A stretch of 64,000 nucleotides of DNA from Clostridia bacterium. Its GTDB lineage: Bacteria; Bacillota; Clostridia; Oscillospirales; CAG-272. The position numbers and the translations under genes are program-made. Location: the NCBI GenBank assembly GCA_017646005.1, contig JAGCNJ010000041.1, forward strand, positions 3,363 to 67,362, written 5' to 3'. Each line of letters begins with the position of its first letter. Positions within the stretch are counted from its first letter, which is position 1. The notes beneath the pieces were generated by a model. It did no database searches and was not told the origin of the DNA. It was given only the letters and a program-made list of their open reading frames with translations. Below are positions 27,431-36,239 of this stretch, in pieces.

Positions 27431-28154
27431 GAAAATGAAATTGCTTTTTAACAAACACAGCTTTACGTCCGCGATAATCGTTGCCGGAGGCACAGGCTCA
27501 CGTATGTCAAGCGATATTCCCAAGCAGCATATGACAGTCGATGGAATAGAGCTCGTTGCACGTACCCTTATCACCTTTGAAAGCTGTGCGCTTATCGACG
27601 AAATCATCGTCGTATGTCGCGAGGGTGAAAATGATATATATGAAAACTACAAGCAGACGTATGGGATAACAAAACTGACGCGCACTGTCTGCGGCGGAGC
27701 AACACGTCAGGAATCTGTACTTTGCGGCTTTGAAGCGGTCGACAGCAGATGCAAATACGTTGCTATCCATGATGCGGTACGCTGTCTGATTGACGTTACT
27801 GACATAGAAAACACACTTAATGCGGCATATAAATACCATGCGGCAACTGCTGCTACGCGCGTTTACGACACGGTCAAGCTTGCTGACGAAAACGGATTTA
27901 TAAGCGATACTATAGACAGGGATAAGGTCTTCCTTGCTTCAACTCCTCAGGTATTCAAGCACGATCTTTATATGACCGCAGCGTATTCGGCAAAAAAGGA
28001 CGGAGCCGTTGTAACCGACGACAACGCGCTTGCAGAAAGACTGGGCTTCAAGATAAAGCTCGTTGCCTGTGAGCATCCAAATATTAAAATTACCACTCCG
28101 TGTGACATGGAAACTGCAAAAGCCATAATCGAAAGCAAAAAACGCGAGATATAA
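27417..28154 (+). CDS. ispD: 2-C-methyl-D-erythritol 4-phosphate cytidylyltransferase
   Basis: [19 protein letters not shown] nucleotide-binding motif, ~240 aa, GGATRQESV motif. The start is ambiguous (ATG 27417 overlaps the upstream gene by 14 nt; ATG 27435 is the alternative). Confidence 0.85.
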   Translation: MKLFEKMKLLFNKHSFTSAIIVAGGTGSRMSSDIPKQHMTVDGIELVARTLITFESCALIDEIIVVCREGENDIYENYKQTYGITKLTRTVCGGATRQESVLCGFEAVDSRCKYVAIHDAVRCLIDVTDIENTLNAAYKYHAATAATRVYDTVKLADENGFISDTIDRDKVFLASTPQVFKHDLYMTAAYSAKKDGAVVTDDNALAERLGFKIKLVACEHPNIKITTPCDMETAKAIIESKKREI

Positions 28155-28167
28155 TCTCGCGTTTTTG
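28137..28167 (+). terminator. rho-independent terminator overlapping the ispD stop codon
   Basis: AACGCGAGAT / ATCTCGCGTT stem followed by TTT. Confidence 0.65.
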
Positions 28168-28237
28168 GTATACTTGCACGTTTGTCGGGAATAATACAGG
28201 TGCATACGCAAACGAACAAAAATATATAGGAGTAGTT

Positions 28238-29470
28238 ATGAAAAAATGCTCAATAAAGCGGGTGAGCGCGCTTGAAATACTCGATTCCCGCGGCTTTCCC
28301 ACAGTTATGGCAAAGGTTACGCTTGAGGATGGCACAAGTGCCGTCGCATCGGTCCCGTCGGGAGCCTCTACAGGCATCCACGAAGCACATGAGCTTCGTG
28401 ACGGAGATAAGAACAGATACGGCGGCAAAGGCGTTACAAAGGCACTTAAATCAGTAAGCACCATATCCGAGGCACTTCAGGGCATATGCGCTTGCGAACA
28501 GAAGGAGATCGACCGTATAATGTGCGAGCTTGACGGTAGCGAAAACAAATCAAAGCTCGGTGCAAATGCGATACTCGCGGTTTCTCTTGCCGCAGCACGC
28601 GCGGCGGCTTGCTTTTTCGGAATGCCTCTTTACAGGTATCTCGGCGGCATCGCGGATATTTCACTGCCCACGCCGATGATGAATATACTAAACGGCGGTG
28701 CGCACGCATCAAACAACATTGACATTCAGGAGTTTATGATAATGCCAAGCGGCATCGAAGCCTTTTCCGAAAAGCTCCGCGCAGGCGTTGAAATTTACCG
28801 CGCGCTCAAGAGTGAGCTTTCTCGGCACGGCTATTTGACGGGTGTGGGTGACGAGGGCGGCTTTGCGCCTGATCTTCGTGACGAGCGCGAGGCGATCGAG
28901 CTTATTCTTGAAGCGATACGCATTGCAGGCTACAATGAAAAAGAAGTATGCCTTGCCCATGATATTGCATCAAGCGAATGGTATGAAAACGGCGTATACA
29001 AGCTTCCCAAAACAGGCAAGAGCTACACGACCGACGAGCTTGTAAGCTATTACGGGAAGCTTGTAAGCGATTATCCGATCGCATCAATTGAGGATCCGCT
29101 TGCCGAGGATGATTTTGATTCCTGGGCAAGGCTTACAAGCACTCTTAAAGGAATAACGCTTGTAGGCGACGATCTGTTTGTTACAAACACCGAGCGACTT
29201 AAGCGCGGAATTGAAGCAGGTGCCGCAAACGCGATTCTTATAAAGCCTAATCAGATAGGCACACTCAGTGAAACGCTTGATGCAATAAGAACGGCAAAGC
29301 ACGCACACTACAGAGCGATAATATCGCACCGATCGGGCGATGTTGACGACACCTTTATTGCAGATTTAGCGGTCGCTACAGGAGCCGGTTATATCAAGAC
29401 AGGTGCGCCCTGCCGTATGGAGCGTGTGAACAAATACAATCGCCTTTTAAGAATAGAAGCAGGAATATAA
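28238..29470 (+). CDS. eno: enolase (phosphopyruvate hydratase)
   Basis: [54 protein letters not shown] and [14 protein letters not shown] are classic enolase signatures. Confidence 0.95.
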   Translation: MKKCSIKRVSALEILDSRGFPTVMAKVTLEDGTSAVASVPSGASTGIHEAHELRDGDKNRYGGKGVTKALKSVSTISEALQGICACEQKEIDRIMCELDGSENKSKLGANAILAVSLAAARAAACFFGMPLYRYLGGIADISLPTPMMNILNGGAHASNNIDIQEFMIMPSGIEAFSEKLRAGVEIYRALKSELSRHGYLTGVGDEGGFAPDLRDEREAIELILEAIRIAGYNEKEVCLAHDIASSEWYENGVYKLPKTGKSYTTDELVSYYGKLVSDYPIASIEDPLAEDDFDSWARLTSTLKGITLVGDDLFVTNTERLKRGIEAGAANAILIKPNQIGTLSETLDAIRTAKHAHYRAIISHRSGDVDDTFIADLAVATGAGYIKTGAPCRMERVNKYNRLLRIEAGI

Positions 29471-29495
29471 GACCCCCTGCCAAATCAACTATACA

Positions 29496-29529
29496 AAAAC
29501 AGTCGGCTTAATAACCGACTGTTTTATTA
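29496..29529. terminator. bidirectional terminator between eno and the SLOG gene
   Basis: AAAACAGTCGG-CTTAATAA-CCGACTGTTTT perfect 11-bp stem with A-run and T-run flanks. Confidence 0.75.
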
Positions 29530-29533
29530 TAGT

Positions 29534-29863
29534 TCAGATTTGAACAAGTGTAATTGGCTTATTTGTTTTTTGAGCATATTTTATTGTATATTCTGTTCCC
29601 TTGGACCGTCCGTTCCATATAACAAGTACAGCATCAGCCATATCGACCAATATCTCATTTCGTCTTAGCGGTGCGGCGCGTCCGTAAAGCTCATAACGAG
29701 GACGTATAACATATTTAGAAAGATGGTGACTATCCGCAAACTGCTCCGCCAAGGTGTCAACACCACAAGCACCGCCGCTTATAACAGTATCGACTCCAAC
29801 AGGTATATATGGAGTTAAATCAAATTCTTTTATGCTCCGCGAACCGACAATCAACAGCTTCAC
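29534..29863 (-). CDS. small SLOG-fold protein (DUF2493/YspA-like)
   Basis: GSRS...VISGGACGVDTLAEQFA...RRNEILVDMADAVLVIWNGRSKGT pattern. GTG start with AAGGAG 9 nt upstream. Divergent from an XRE HTH gene. Confidence 0.6.
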   Translation of the reverse strand: MKLLIVGSRSIKEFDLTPYIPVGVDTVISGGACGVDTLAEQFADSHHLSKYVIRPRYELYGRAAPLRRNEILVDMADAVLVIWNGRSKGTEYTIKYAQKTNKPITLVQI

Positions 29864-29887
29864 AAGCCTATTCTCCTTTTATAAGGA

Positions 29888-29905
29888 TATACTTATATAA
29901 GTATA
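29888..29905. promoter_or_regulatory. 18-bp perfect palindrome between the divergent SLOG and XRE genes (candidate operator)
   Basis: TATACTTATATAAGTATA, where each half is the reverse complement of the other. It lies between the SLOG GTG start (29863) and the HTH promoter TTGTCA-17-TAAAAT (29922-29950). Confidence 0.5.
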
Positions 29906-29976
29906 CACTCTATAACGGAAATTGTCAAGTACGGATATATACTGTAAAATGTATATATACGAAAGGGGTTATAGTT

Positions 29977-30183
29977 ATGGTAAGATTAATTTTAGACAAA
30001 TACTTGGATGAGCGCGGCATCTCACGTTATGAGGTAGCCAAGCGAACACAGGTTAAATTTGAAACAATAGATCGTTATTACAAAAACCGCGTTGTTCGTT
30101 ATGACAGTTACATCTTGAACAGCATATGTACTGTTCTTAATTGCGAATTGAGCGATATTCTTGAATATCAAAAAGATGAATAA
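29977..30183 (+). CDS. XRE-family helix-turn-helix protein (68 aa)
   Basis: LDERGISRYEVAKRTQVKFETIDRYYKN is HTH-like. RBS GAAAGGGG. I moved the start to ATG 29977 because the track extension runs antisense through the SLOG gene start and the promoter region. Confidence 0.65.
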   Translation: MVRLILDKYLDERGISRYEVAKRTQVKFETIDRYYKNRVVRYDSYILNSICTVLNCELSDILEYQKDE

Positions 30184-30205
30184 TCCCTCAATGAAGTTAG
30201 TATGC

Positions 30206-30240
30206 AAAAAGCCGATACGGAAAATCCGTATCGGCTTTTG
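30206..30240. terminator. bidirectional terminator between the HTH gene and the lipoprotein gene
   Basis: AAAAGCCGATACGG-AAAAT-CCGTATCGGCTTTT perfect 14-bp stem. Confidence 0.8.
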
Positions 30241-30242
30241 TT

Positions 30243-31733
30243 TTATCTCTTTCTTACAAAATATACCTTCGGCGAGATCTCTTCCAAGCTTTCGAGTATC
30301 TCCAATGCGTTATCTGTAAACGTATACTGAACCGCATTAGGCGAGCCTATCTTGGTAAGATTATTACCCTTTACCTGCACATAGGTATTTCCCTCAAAGT
30401 CCGGCAGCCACTTCTCCTCTTTTGCGCCAAGGTCACAGGCGTTATATCTGTCAAGAAGGAAGATATTATTCTTTATCACAAAGCCATCAGAGAGGTTGTT
30501 TGCATCCCATCCCTTTATGCTTGCCGCACGCTCGGGATTCATTCCCCATCCGTGACCCGAATAAGCAAGGATATTATCCGAATACACGATATTTTCCATT
30601 TTATGCGGGGTAAAGTATTCAATATTGTATATACACTTTTCAATTACGTTATTTGTAAAATATACGTTTTTCTGAAGAACCTCGTTCTCTCTTCCATATT
30701 GATGCGTGATACCCGCGTCATAGCACTGATATACGTAGCAATTATCTATCGTAAAATTCTCGCATCCGCCGTATATCTCAATACCGTTACCGTAGCGGAT
30801 TATGTATCCGTTAGTATAATACTGTGCCGAGCCGCCGACAAAGCCGACCTCACAGTTGCGTACCGTCACGTCATTGACAGTACCCATGCCAATTCCGTGG
30901 CTTCCCGAATATTTTATGCACAGATTATCAAAGGTACAGCCCGATGCTCCGCGTATAAGATTGCCTCTGTATGCAAGCTCGATCGAATCGTAAACCTCAC
31001 CCGGATTGCCCTCGTCACATCTTAAATAAAGGCGCGTTTTGGTATCAAGGTCTGCCGCGCTTTTTCCTACCGCGAGATATTCGCAGACAAAAAGCTCGTT
31101 TTGATAAAATGAACTTTTCAGATCAAAAGGTTTGCCATTGATCGTAACGTAAAACTTCTTGTTGTCTACGCTAAGCAACATCTTCTCTGCCGTCTTCTCA
31201 CCGCCGTTGAGTATGATATTTCCCACGTCAAGGATATGCTCCTTATACTTCCATATGTTTTCCGTGCCCTCAACCAGCTCCCATTTATCGGGATCTGCCG
31301 CATCACCGAAGGTGTTTCCGTTAAAGATCGGCTTATCGCCCTCTCCGTATGCAGAATATGTAATACCGGGGGCAGCCGTAAAACGTTCACGCCACATATC
31401 TCCGCGTCGGAACAACACAACGTCGCCTGCTTTTATCGATACTGCATTCTGAAGACTTGTAAGCTTTCTTATGGTCTTTATGGGAGTTTCGGGGCTTTTT
31501 CCGTCGTTATTGTCGTCACCGTCGTTTGATACGTAATATACCGTTCCGTTTTCGCCTACCTCATACTCGCTTTCGGTTGCGCGTATTTCAGCTACACGCT
31601 CGCGGAGCTTTTTTTCACACTCAAGTGCAAATATTTCGTCCTCTGTAGGCTCCGGATCAAGAAAAAACGCGCATCCCGCAAGCAAGATAACAGATAGTGC
31701 CAGAAAAATTGAGCAAAGCATTTTTATTCTCAT
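30243..31733 (-). CDS. lipoprotein carrying the family beta-helix core only
   Basis: Start at the second in-frame ATG (MRIKMLCSIFLALSVILLAGC, lipobox LAGC), using the GGAG inside the track extension as its SD. Motifs GTVYYVSNDGDDNNDGKSPETPIKT, GDVVLFRRGDMW, ITYSAYGEGDKPIFNG and NLCIKYSGSHGIG match the giant paralogs. Confidence 0.8.
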   Translation of the reverse strand: MRIKMLCSIFLALSVILLAGCAFFLDPEPTEDEIFALECEKKLRERVAEIRATESEYEVGENGTVYYVSNDGDDNNDGKSPETPIKTIRKLTSLQNAVSIKAGDVVLFRRGDMWRERFTAAPGITYSAYGEGDKPIFNGNTFGDAADPDKWELVEGTENIWKYKEHILDVGNIILNGGEKTAEKMLLSVDNKKFYVTINGKPFDLKSSFYQNELFVCEYLAVGKSAADLDTKTRLYLRCDEGNPGEVYDSIELAYRGNLIRGASGCTFDNLCIKYSGSHGIGMGTVNDVTVRNCEVGFVGGSAQYYTNGYIIRYGNGIEIYGGCENFTIDNCYVYQCYDAGITHQYGRENEVLQKNVYFTNNVIEKCIYNIEYFTPHKMENIVYSDNILAYSGHGWGMNPERAASIKGWDANNLSDGFVIKNNIFLLDRYNACDLGAKEEKWLPDFEGNTYVQVKGNNLTKIGSPNAVQYTFTDNALEILESLEEISPKVYFVRKR

Positions 31734-31760
31734 AACAATCTCCATTTATTATTTTTTATA

Positions 31761-31789
31761 AGTATATCACAAAACCATCTCAAAATCAA
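31761..31789 (-). promoter_or_regulatory. sigma-A-type promoter of the beta-helix lipoprotein gene
   Basis: The minus strand reads TTGATT, 17-nt spacer, TGaTATACT. Confidence 0.55.
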
Positions 31790-31791
31790 GC

Positions 31792-31823
31792 AAAAAAAAG
31801 AAGCGGTATTCCTACCGCTTCTT
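31792..31823 (-). terminator. terminator after the DUF1540-like gene
   Basis: The minus strand reads AAGAAGCGGTA-GGAA-TACCGCTTCTT followed by TTTTTTGC. Confidence 0.75.
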
Positions 31824-31829
31824 CCCTGC

Positions 31830-32015
31830 TTACTTACAGCCGCAGTTATCGCTCTTACATTCAAATGACATACAGTCGGTACACTGATCGACTGTAGGGT
31901 TTGCTTCATGAGTACCTACCTTGATTACGTCAAGAGAGCAATAGTTTACGTTCTGACAGTGATTCTTACACTGTGTTACACTGCATTCGATTGACTTATT
32001 TGCCTTATCGTTCAT
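31830..32015 (-). CDS. DUF1540-like Cys-rich small protein (61 aa)
   Basis: MNDKANKSIECSVTQCKNHCQNVNYCSLDVIKVGTHEANPTVDQCTDCMSFECK shows the repeated C-x-C pattern. RBS GAAGGGAG. Its own terminator lies downstream. Confidence 0.65.
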   Translation of the reverse strand: MNDKANKSIECSVTQCKNHCQNVNYCSLDVIKVGTHEANPTVDQCTDCMSFECKSDNCGCK

Positions 32016-32102
32016 AATGATCTCCCTTCTGCCCGCGTTTAATGCGGCACATAAAAAGTATGCCCTCACAAGCGAAATTTCATACACTTGTGAAGGCATT
32101 TT

Positions 32103-32930
32103 TTATATAATGAGATATTTTTCGCGCAAAAGCATCGCCGCGCCCGTATATTCAAGCTCTTTCGCTTTTGTATCGCTTACAGAGCTTGCGTTTATATTTT
32201 CAAGCTCAAGCTCGGAATAAACTTCATCCGCTGACAAAAATTCAATTATCGCCCCAAGCTTGATCTCAAGCTCTTGCTTATCCTTTGCACATACAGCGCC
32301 AAGCACAGGCTCACTTCCTTTATACGCAACAAGTGCACCACATCCGGCTTTGGATACGTACAAGGCAGAGGCTTCTTTGACAGCGCTTAACTTCGCAAGC
32401 TCGCTTTTACAGACCTCACTCACCTTTAATGAAAGTGAAGCGGCGATATCATCCGAAAGCCTTTGACAAAACTCCCTGTCAGCGTCTTCACTGTAAACCG
32501 AACACACGCCGACAAGTCTTCCGACAAGATTGTTTTCAAATACAAACGGCATCAACGCTTCCATAACCGCTCCTGCCGCGCCGTTTTTCTCAAACGTGAA
32601 CTCAAGCTCACCAAGCTTTTCAAGGGTAAGGCTTAAGATGACCAACTTTATCTTTTCTTTATGCAAAGCAAGAACTATCAGCTTTTTTTCGTCCGAAAGG
32701 CTTATATGCTTCGCCTTTCTTCCTACTCCGCCACCCTCTGATTTTGCGTAGGTGACCGTTCCCTTTTCAAGCAAGGCATCGGTTATCTTTCCTACGGTCA
32801 TAAGGCTGAGTCCGGTCTTTTCCGATATTTCAAGACGGCTGATATGTCGGTCTTCGGGAATGCACGAAAATATTCTTTTGATGCTCTCCTGTCTTATTCT
32901 GTCAAGACCAAAATCCTCCAACCTTACCAC
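32103..32930 (-). CDS. ROK-repressor-like protein (N-terminal winged HTH; sugar-kinase half looks degenerate)
   Basis: ISRLEISEKTGLSLMTVGKITDALLEKG...GGGVGRKAKHISL resembles ROK repressor N-termini. I could not see a DxGxT ATP motif or a Zn-Cys motif. The start is uncertain (GTG 32930 or TTG 32921). Confidence 0.5.
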   Translation of the reverse strand: MVRLEDFGLDRIRQESIKRIFSCIPEDRHISRLEISEKTGLSLMTVGKITDALLEKGTVTYAKSEGGGVGRKAKHISLSDEKKLIVLALHKEKIKLVILSLTLEKLGELEFTFEKNGAAGAVMEALMPFVFENNLVGRLVGVCSVYSEDADREFCQRLSDDIAASLSLKVSEVCKSELAKLSAVKEASALYVSKAGCGALVAYKGSEPVLGAVCAKDKQELEIKLGAIIEFLSADEVYSELELENINASSVSDTKAKELEYTGAAMLLREKYLII

Positions 32931-32951
32931 CTCGCTTTATCTTTTTTTATT

Positions 32952-34526
32952 TTATCTTTCGTTTTCGTAGCGCATATGGTGATAGAATCTGTTTTCACCT
33001 ATACAACCGCCATCGATAAGCATCTTAAGTGTTTCATCGTCATATCTGTAAAGCTTGAAGCCACCCTTGGCGTTTTCATAATCCTCACCGAGCTTTGAAA
33101 ATTCCGAATTGTACGGCTTGATTATTACGTTGTTTCTCCAATTAAAGCCGAGTCCCTGCTTTACACTTGTAGGTACTGCAAGATGCACGAAAAGTCTTAT
33201 GTACCACATAAAGTTGTTTTCGATATACGCATCCTCGTACATTGCCATAGTCTCACCGGCACCATAGAACATATTGTAATTAGCCTTCTGATGCACGTAT
33301 CCGCCAAAGCCATAGCCGGCATAACGGCAAAGATTATCGTAAAGGCGTATGTTTGTGAGTATTGCGTATGAGGTGTCTGTCTTTTCCCACGTGGTAAGCC
33401 ATACCTCCATCGGGCTGTCGCAACGCTCAATAGCATTTGCATATATCATGATATCGCGTTCGATAACAGTTTCGGGCTGATTCTGGTATTCGTTATCTGC
33501 CGTCTTAAGATGTCCCTGACACTGAATAGTAGGACCGCAATCGAATGCCTGATAGATGTAGTTGTTGTAGATCTGATAATTATCACAGCCACCGAAAATT
33601 TCGATAGAATTACCGAATCTTGTCGGCCAGTAGTTACGGATAAACTGTATCGAGCCGCCGATCCATCCCACCTCGCAGTTGCGCACAACAAGATCCTTTG
33701 CCGTGCCTGCGCCCATACCGTGCGACGCACCGTAACGGATGCAGAGGTTATCAAGAGTGATACCCGACTTACCGCTGATGACGTTGCCCTTCATACAAAG
33801 CTCTATAGAATCGAATATCTCACCGGGGTTACCGTAAAGCGAGCAGATGAAAAGCTCACTTGTATGATGGTTGAAGTAATATTCAAGGTTATATCTTAAA
33901 TCGTTGGCATCGGCAAATTTATCCTCGCCGCGCACCCAGAATTCCTTGCCGTTTGAGGTAAGTCCGTTATAGCCTCTGTGTATGCAAATATCCTTTTGCT
34001 CGTACTTCATTATACGCGCGCCAAAGTATTCACCGTGGTTAAATACGATATTACCTACGTCATTTGCAACTCTCATGTTACCGTTTTCGTCCATAGGCTC
34101 GTTTGCCGCAATAAAGCCTGTGTACTTATATATGTACGGATGTTCACCCCACTGCTTCCAGTCAGAGGGCTTCGATGCCTCGATGGAGCCGCAGATCATC
34201 GGCTTTGCGCCAAATCCGTATGCGGAATAGGTAACGTAGGGCTTTGACAGAATGCGCTCATGCCAAACGTCGCCACGCTTCATAAGAACTACGTCACCGG
34301 GGTTCAAAAGTCCGTCCGCGTTGATTTTTGCAAAGCTTGCAAAGGGCTTTTCTTCGGAGAGACCGTCGTTATTATCATCACCATCGTTGGCAATATAATA
34401 AATCTTTCCGCCCTCACCGAGAGTCCATTCGCTCTTGGTTGCAAGTATCTTATTCTTTCTTGCCTCAAATTCAGCATCAAGCACCTTTATCATTTCGCCT
34501 GAAGCAGGTTTTATTATCTGTTCCAT
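32952..34526 (-). CDS. beta-helix core paralog without signal peptide (predicted cytoplasmic)
   Basis: MEQIIKPASGEMIKVLDAEFEARKNKILATKSEWTLGEGGKIYYIANDGDDNNDGLSEEKPF, GDVVLMKRGDVW, VTYSAYGFGAKPMICGS, VRNCEVGWIGGS and YIYQAFDCGPTIQ. No hydrophobic N-terminus. Confidence 0.8.
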   Translation of the reverse strand: MEQIIKPASGEMIKVLDAEFEARKNKILATKSEWTLGEGGKIYYIANDGDDNNDGLSEEKPFASFAKINADGLLNPGDVVLMKRGDVWHERILSKPYVTYSAYGFGAKPMICGSIEASKPSDWKQWGEHPYIYKYTGFIAANEPMDENGNMRVANDVGNIVFNHGEYFGARIMKYEQKDICIHRGYNGLTSNGKEFWVRGEDKFADANDLRYNLEYYFNHHTSELFICSLYGNPGEIFDSIELCMKGNVISGKSGITLDNLCIRYGASHGMGAGTAKDLVVRNCEVGWIGGSIQFIRNYWPTRFGNSIEIFGGCDNYQIYNNYIYQAFDCGPTIQCQGHLKTADNEYQNQPETVIERDIMIYANAIERCDSPMEVWLTTWEKTDTSYAILTNIRLYDNLCRYAGYGFGGYVHQKANYNMFYGAGETMAMYEDAYIENNFMWYIRLFVHLAVPTSVKQGLGFNWRNNVIIKPYNSEFSKLGEDYENAKGGFKLYRYDDETLKMLIDGGCIGENRFYHHMRYENER

Positions 34527-34573
34527 AATTTTCCCTTTCCTTATGTCAGATTATATTTTACCGCTGTGCGGCA

Positions 34574-36154
34574 TCAGATACAGTTAAATCTCTCGTCCTC
34601 GGAGAACATATAATGGTAGAAGTTGTTTTCTCCGAAGGCACCTGTTTCGTACATTTTATCTATTATCTCATTAGTATAAGGATATGTGACCGAAGGGTCA
34701 AGTGAACGCTCAAGATCTGCTCCCATACGCGAAAATTCGGATGCGTAGGGCTTGATTATCGTATTCTTTCTCCAGTTATAGCCAAGTCCGTTACGGGTGT
34801 TTACCGGAACTGCAAGTGCTATCAAAACACGGGCGTGCCACATAAAATTATTTTCAACAAACGCGTCCTTATACGTTGCTTCGGTGTGACCTCCGCCGTA
34901 GAACATATTGAACATCGTTTTATAATGTACGTAGCCGCCGAAGCCGTAGCCTGCATATCTGCAGAAGTTGTCAGACATTACAATATCCTCAAGTATAGCA
35001 TATGTCTCTTCGTTCTGCTCTGTCTGAGTGGTTATCCATACCTCCATCGGACTGTTGCAACGCTCAATAGCATTACCGCAAACTCTTATATGGAGATTAT
35101 GCTTTCTTTTCTGATCTTCCTTTTGAGTTGTAAGATCTCCCTGCCACTGCACGGTAGGTCCGCAATCAAACGCTTGATATATGTAGTTATTAACGATCGT
35201 GTAATTCTTCGCAGTTCCGAAAATTTCAATTGAATTTCCGTATCTTGTAATATGCGTGGGGCTGATATGCTGTACAGCACCGCCTATCCAGCCGACCTCG
35301 CAGTTACGAACGGTAAGGTCAATACAGTTGCCGCCTCCGACACCGTGCTGTGCGCCGTAAAGGATCGCAAGATTATCAAGGGTCGCACCGTTTGCAATTT
35401 GCACGACGTTTCCCTTTTTTGCAAGGTCTATTCTTTCGTAGACCTCGCCGGGATTACCGTATACGCTCACAAGATAAAGCTCACCGTTTAAGATATCGTA
35501 ATAATATTCAAGGTCGTGGGAAAGATCCTGCGGTCCCGTAAATTTCGTTTGCGGCTTATACCACACCTCTTTACCGTTTGACACCATATTGCCTCTGCCC
35601 ACAAGTCTTGCGTAGCCAGGCTTTACCGGATCCTCGTATACTCTGAGTGCGTAGGCTTTGCCATCGTCAAAAATGATATTACCTATATCAAAATTTGGTC
35701 TTCCGTGTCCGTTTTCGTCAAGAGACGTGCATTTGTCAAGCGGATGCGCGTATTTATATATACAACGCTTATCGTTCCACAATACCCAGTCTTTTGGATT
35801 TGACGCATCTACCGAGCCGCAGATCTTGGGCTTATCGCCCTCACCGTATGCTGAATAGGTAACATACCTCTTGGAAATCAGACTTTCATGCCATCTGCCT
35901 CCCCGCTCGAAAAGCACGACGTCACCCTCGTTGAGAAGCCCGTCAGCGTTTATAAGCGCGAGTGTACGGAAAGCATTTTCCGGGCTTTTTCCGTCGTTGT
36001 TATCGTCGCCATTTTCGCTTACGTAGTAGATTGTACCGTTTTCACCGAGAGTCCACTCGCTTTTAGTTGCTCGGATCCTGTTTTTACGCGCTTCGAATTC
36101 GGCGTCGAGTGCCTGAATCATCTCCTGCGACGCCGCTTTGATATGCTCTGTCAA
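34574..36154 (-). CDS. beta-helix core paralog without signal peptide (predicted cytoplasmic)
   Basis: Close paralog of 32952-34526 (EMIQALDAEFEARKNRIRATKSEWTLGENGTIYYVSENGDDNNDGKSPE). I prefer TTG 36154 (giving MTEHIKAAS, which aligns to MEQIIKPAS, with GGGGG 9 nt upstream). The track ATG at 36169 has no SD and sits inside an operator-like palindrome. Confidence 0.75.
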   Translation of the reverse strand: MTEHIKAASQEMIQALDAEFEARKNRIRATKSEWTLGENGTIYYVSENGDDNNDGKSPENAFRTLALINADGLLNEGDVVLFERGGRWHESLISKRYVTYSAYGEGDKPKICGSVDASNPKDWVLWNDKRCIYKYAHPLDKCTSLDENGHGRPNFDIGNIIFDDGKAYALRVYEDPVKPGYARLVGRGNMVSNGKEVWYKPQTKFTGPQDLSHDLEYYYDILNGELYLVSVYGNPGEVYERIDLAKKGNVVQIANGATLDNLAILYGAQHGVGGGNCIDLTVRNCEVGWIGGAVQHISPTHITRYGNSIEIFGTAKNYTIVNNYIYQAFDCGPTVQWQGDLTTQKEDQKRKHNLHIRVCGNAIERCNSPMEVWITTQTEQNEETYAILEDIVMSDNFCRYAGYGFGGYVHYKTMFNMFYGGGHTEATYKDAFVENNFMWHARVLIALAVPVNTRNGLGYNWRKNTIIKPYASEFSRMGADLERSLDPSVTYPYTNEIIDKMYETGAFGENNFYHYMFSEDERFNCI

Positions 36155-36168
36155 AAAAATCGCCCCCA

Positions 36169-36216
36169 TATACTGTATATTAACTAAATTATACAGTATA
36201 ATAGGGACGATTTCAA
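36169..36216 (-). promoter_or_regulatory. promoter of the cytoplasmic beta-helix gene pair, overlapped by an 11-bp-arm inverted repeat
   Basis: The minus strand reads TTGAAA (36216-36211), 17-nt spacer, TATAAT (36193-36188). Inverted repeat TATACTGTATA (36169-36179) and TATACAGTATA (36190-36200), 10-nt spacer, spanning the -10 box to about +20. Confidence 0.55.
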
Positions 36217-36239
36217 GCCTTTTATCAAATTATTACAAT

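Noticed and set aside
36169-36200. CTGT...ACAG inside the palindrome resembles an E. coli-type LexA SOS box.
   Set aside because: The CTGT and ACAG elements are 18 nt apart rather than 8. Firmicute LexA boxes have a different consensus (CGAAC-N4-GTTCG). I treat it as an unassigned operator instead.
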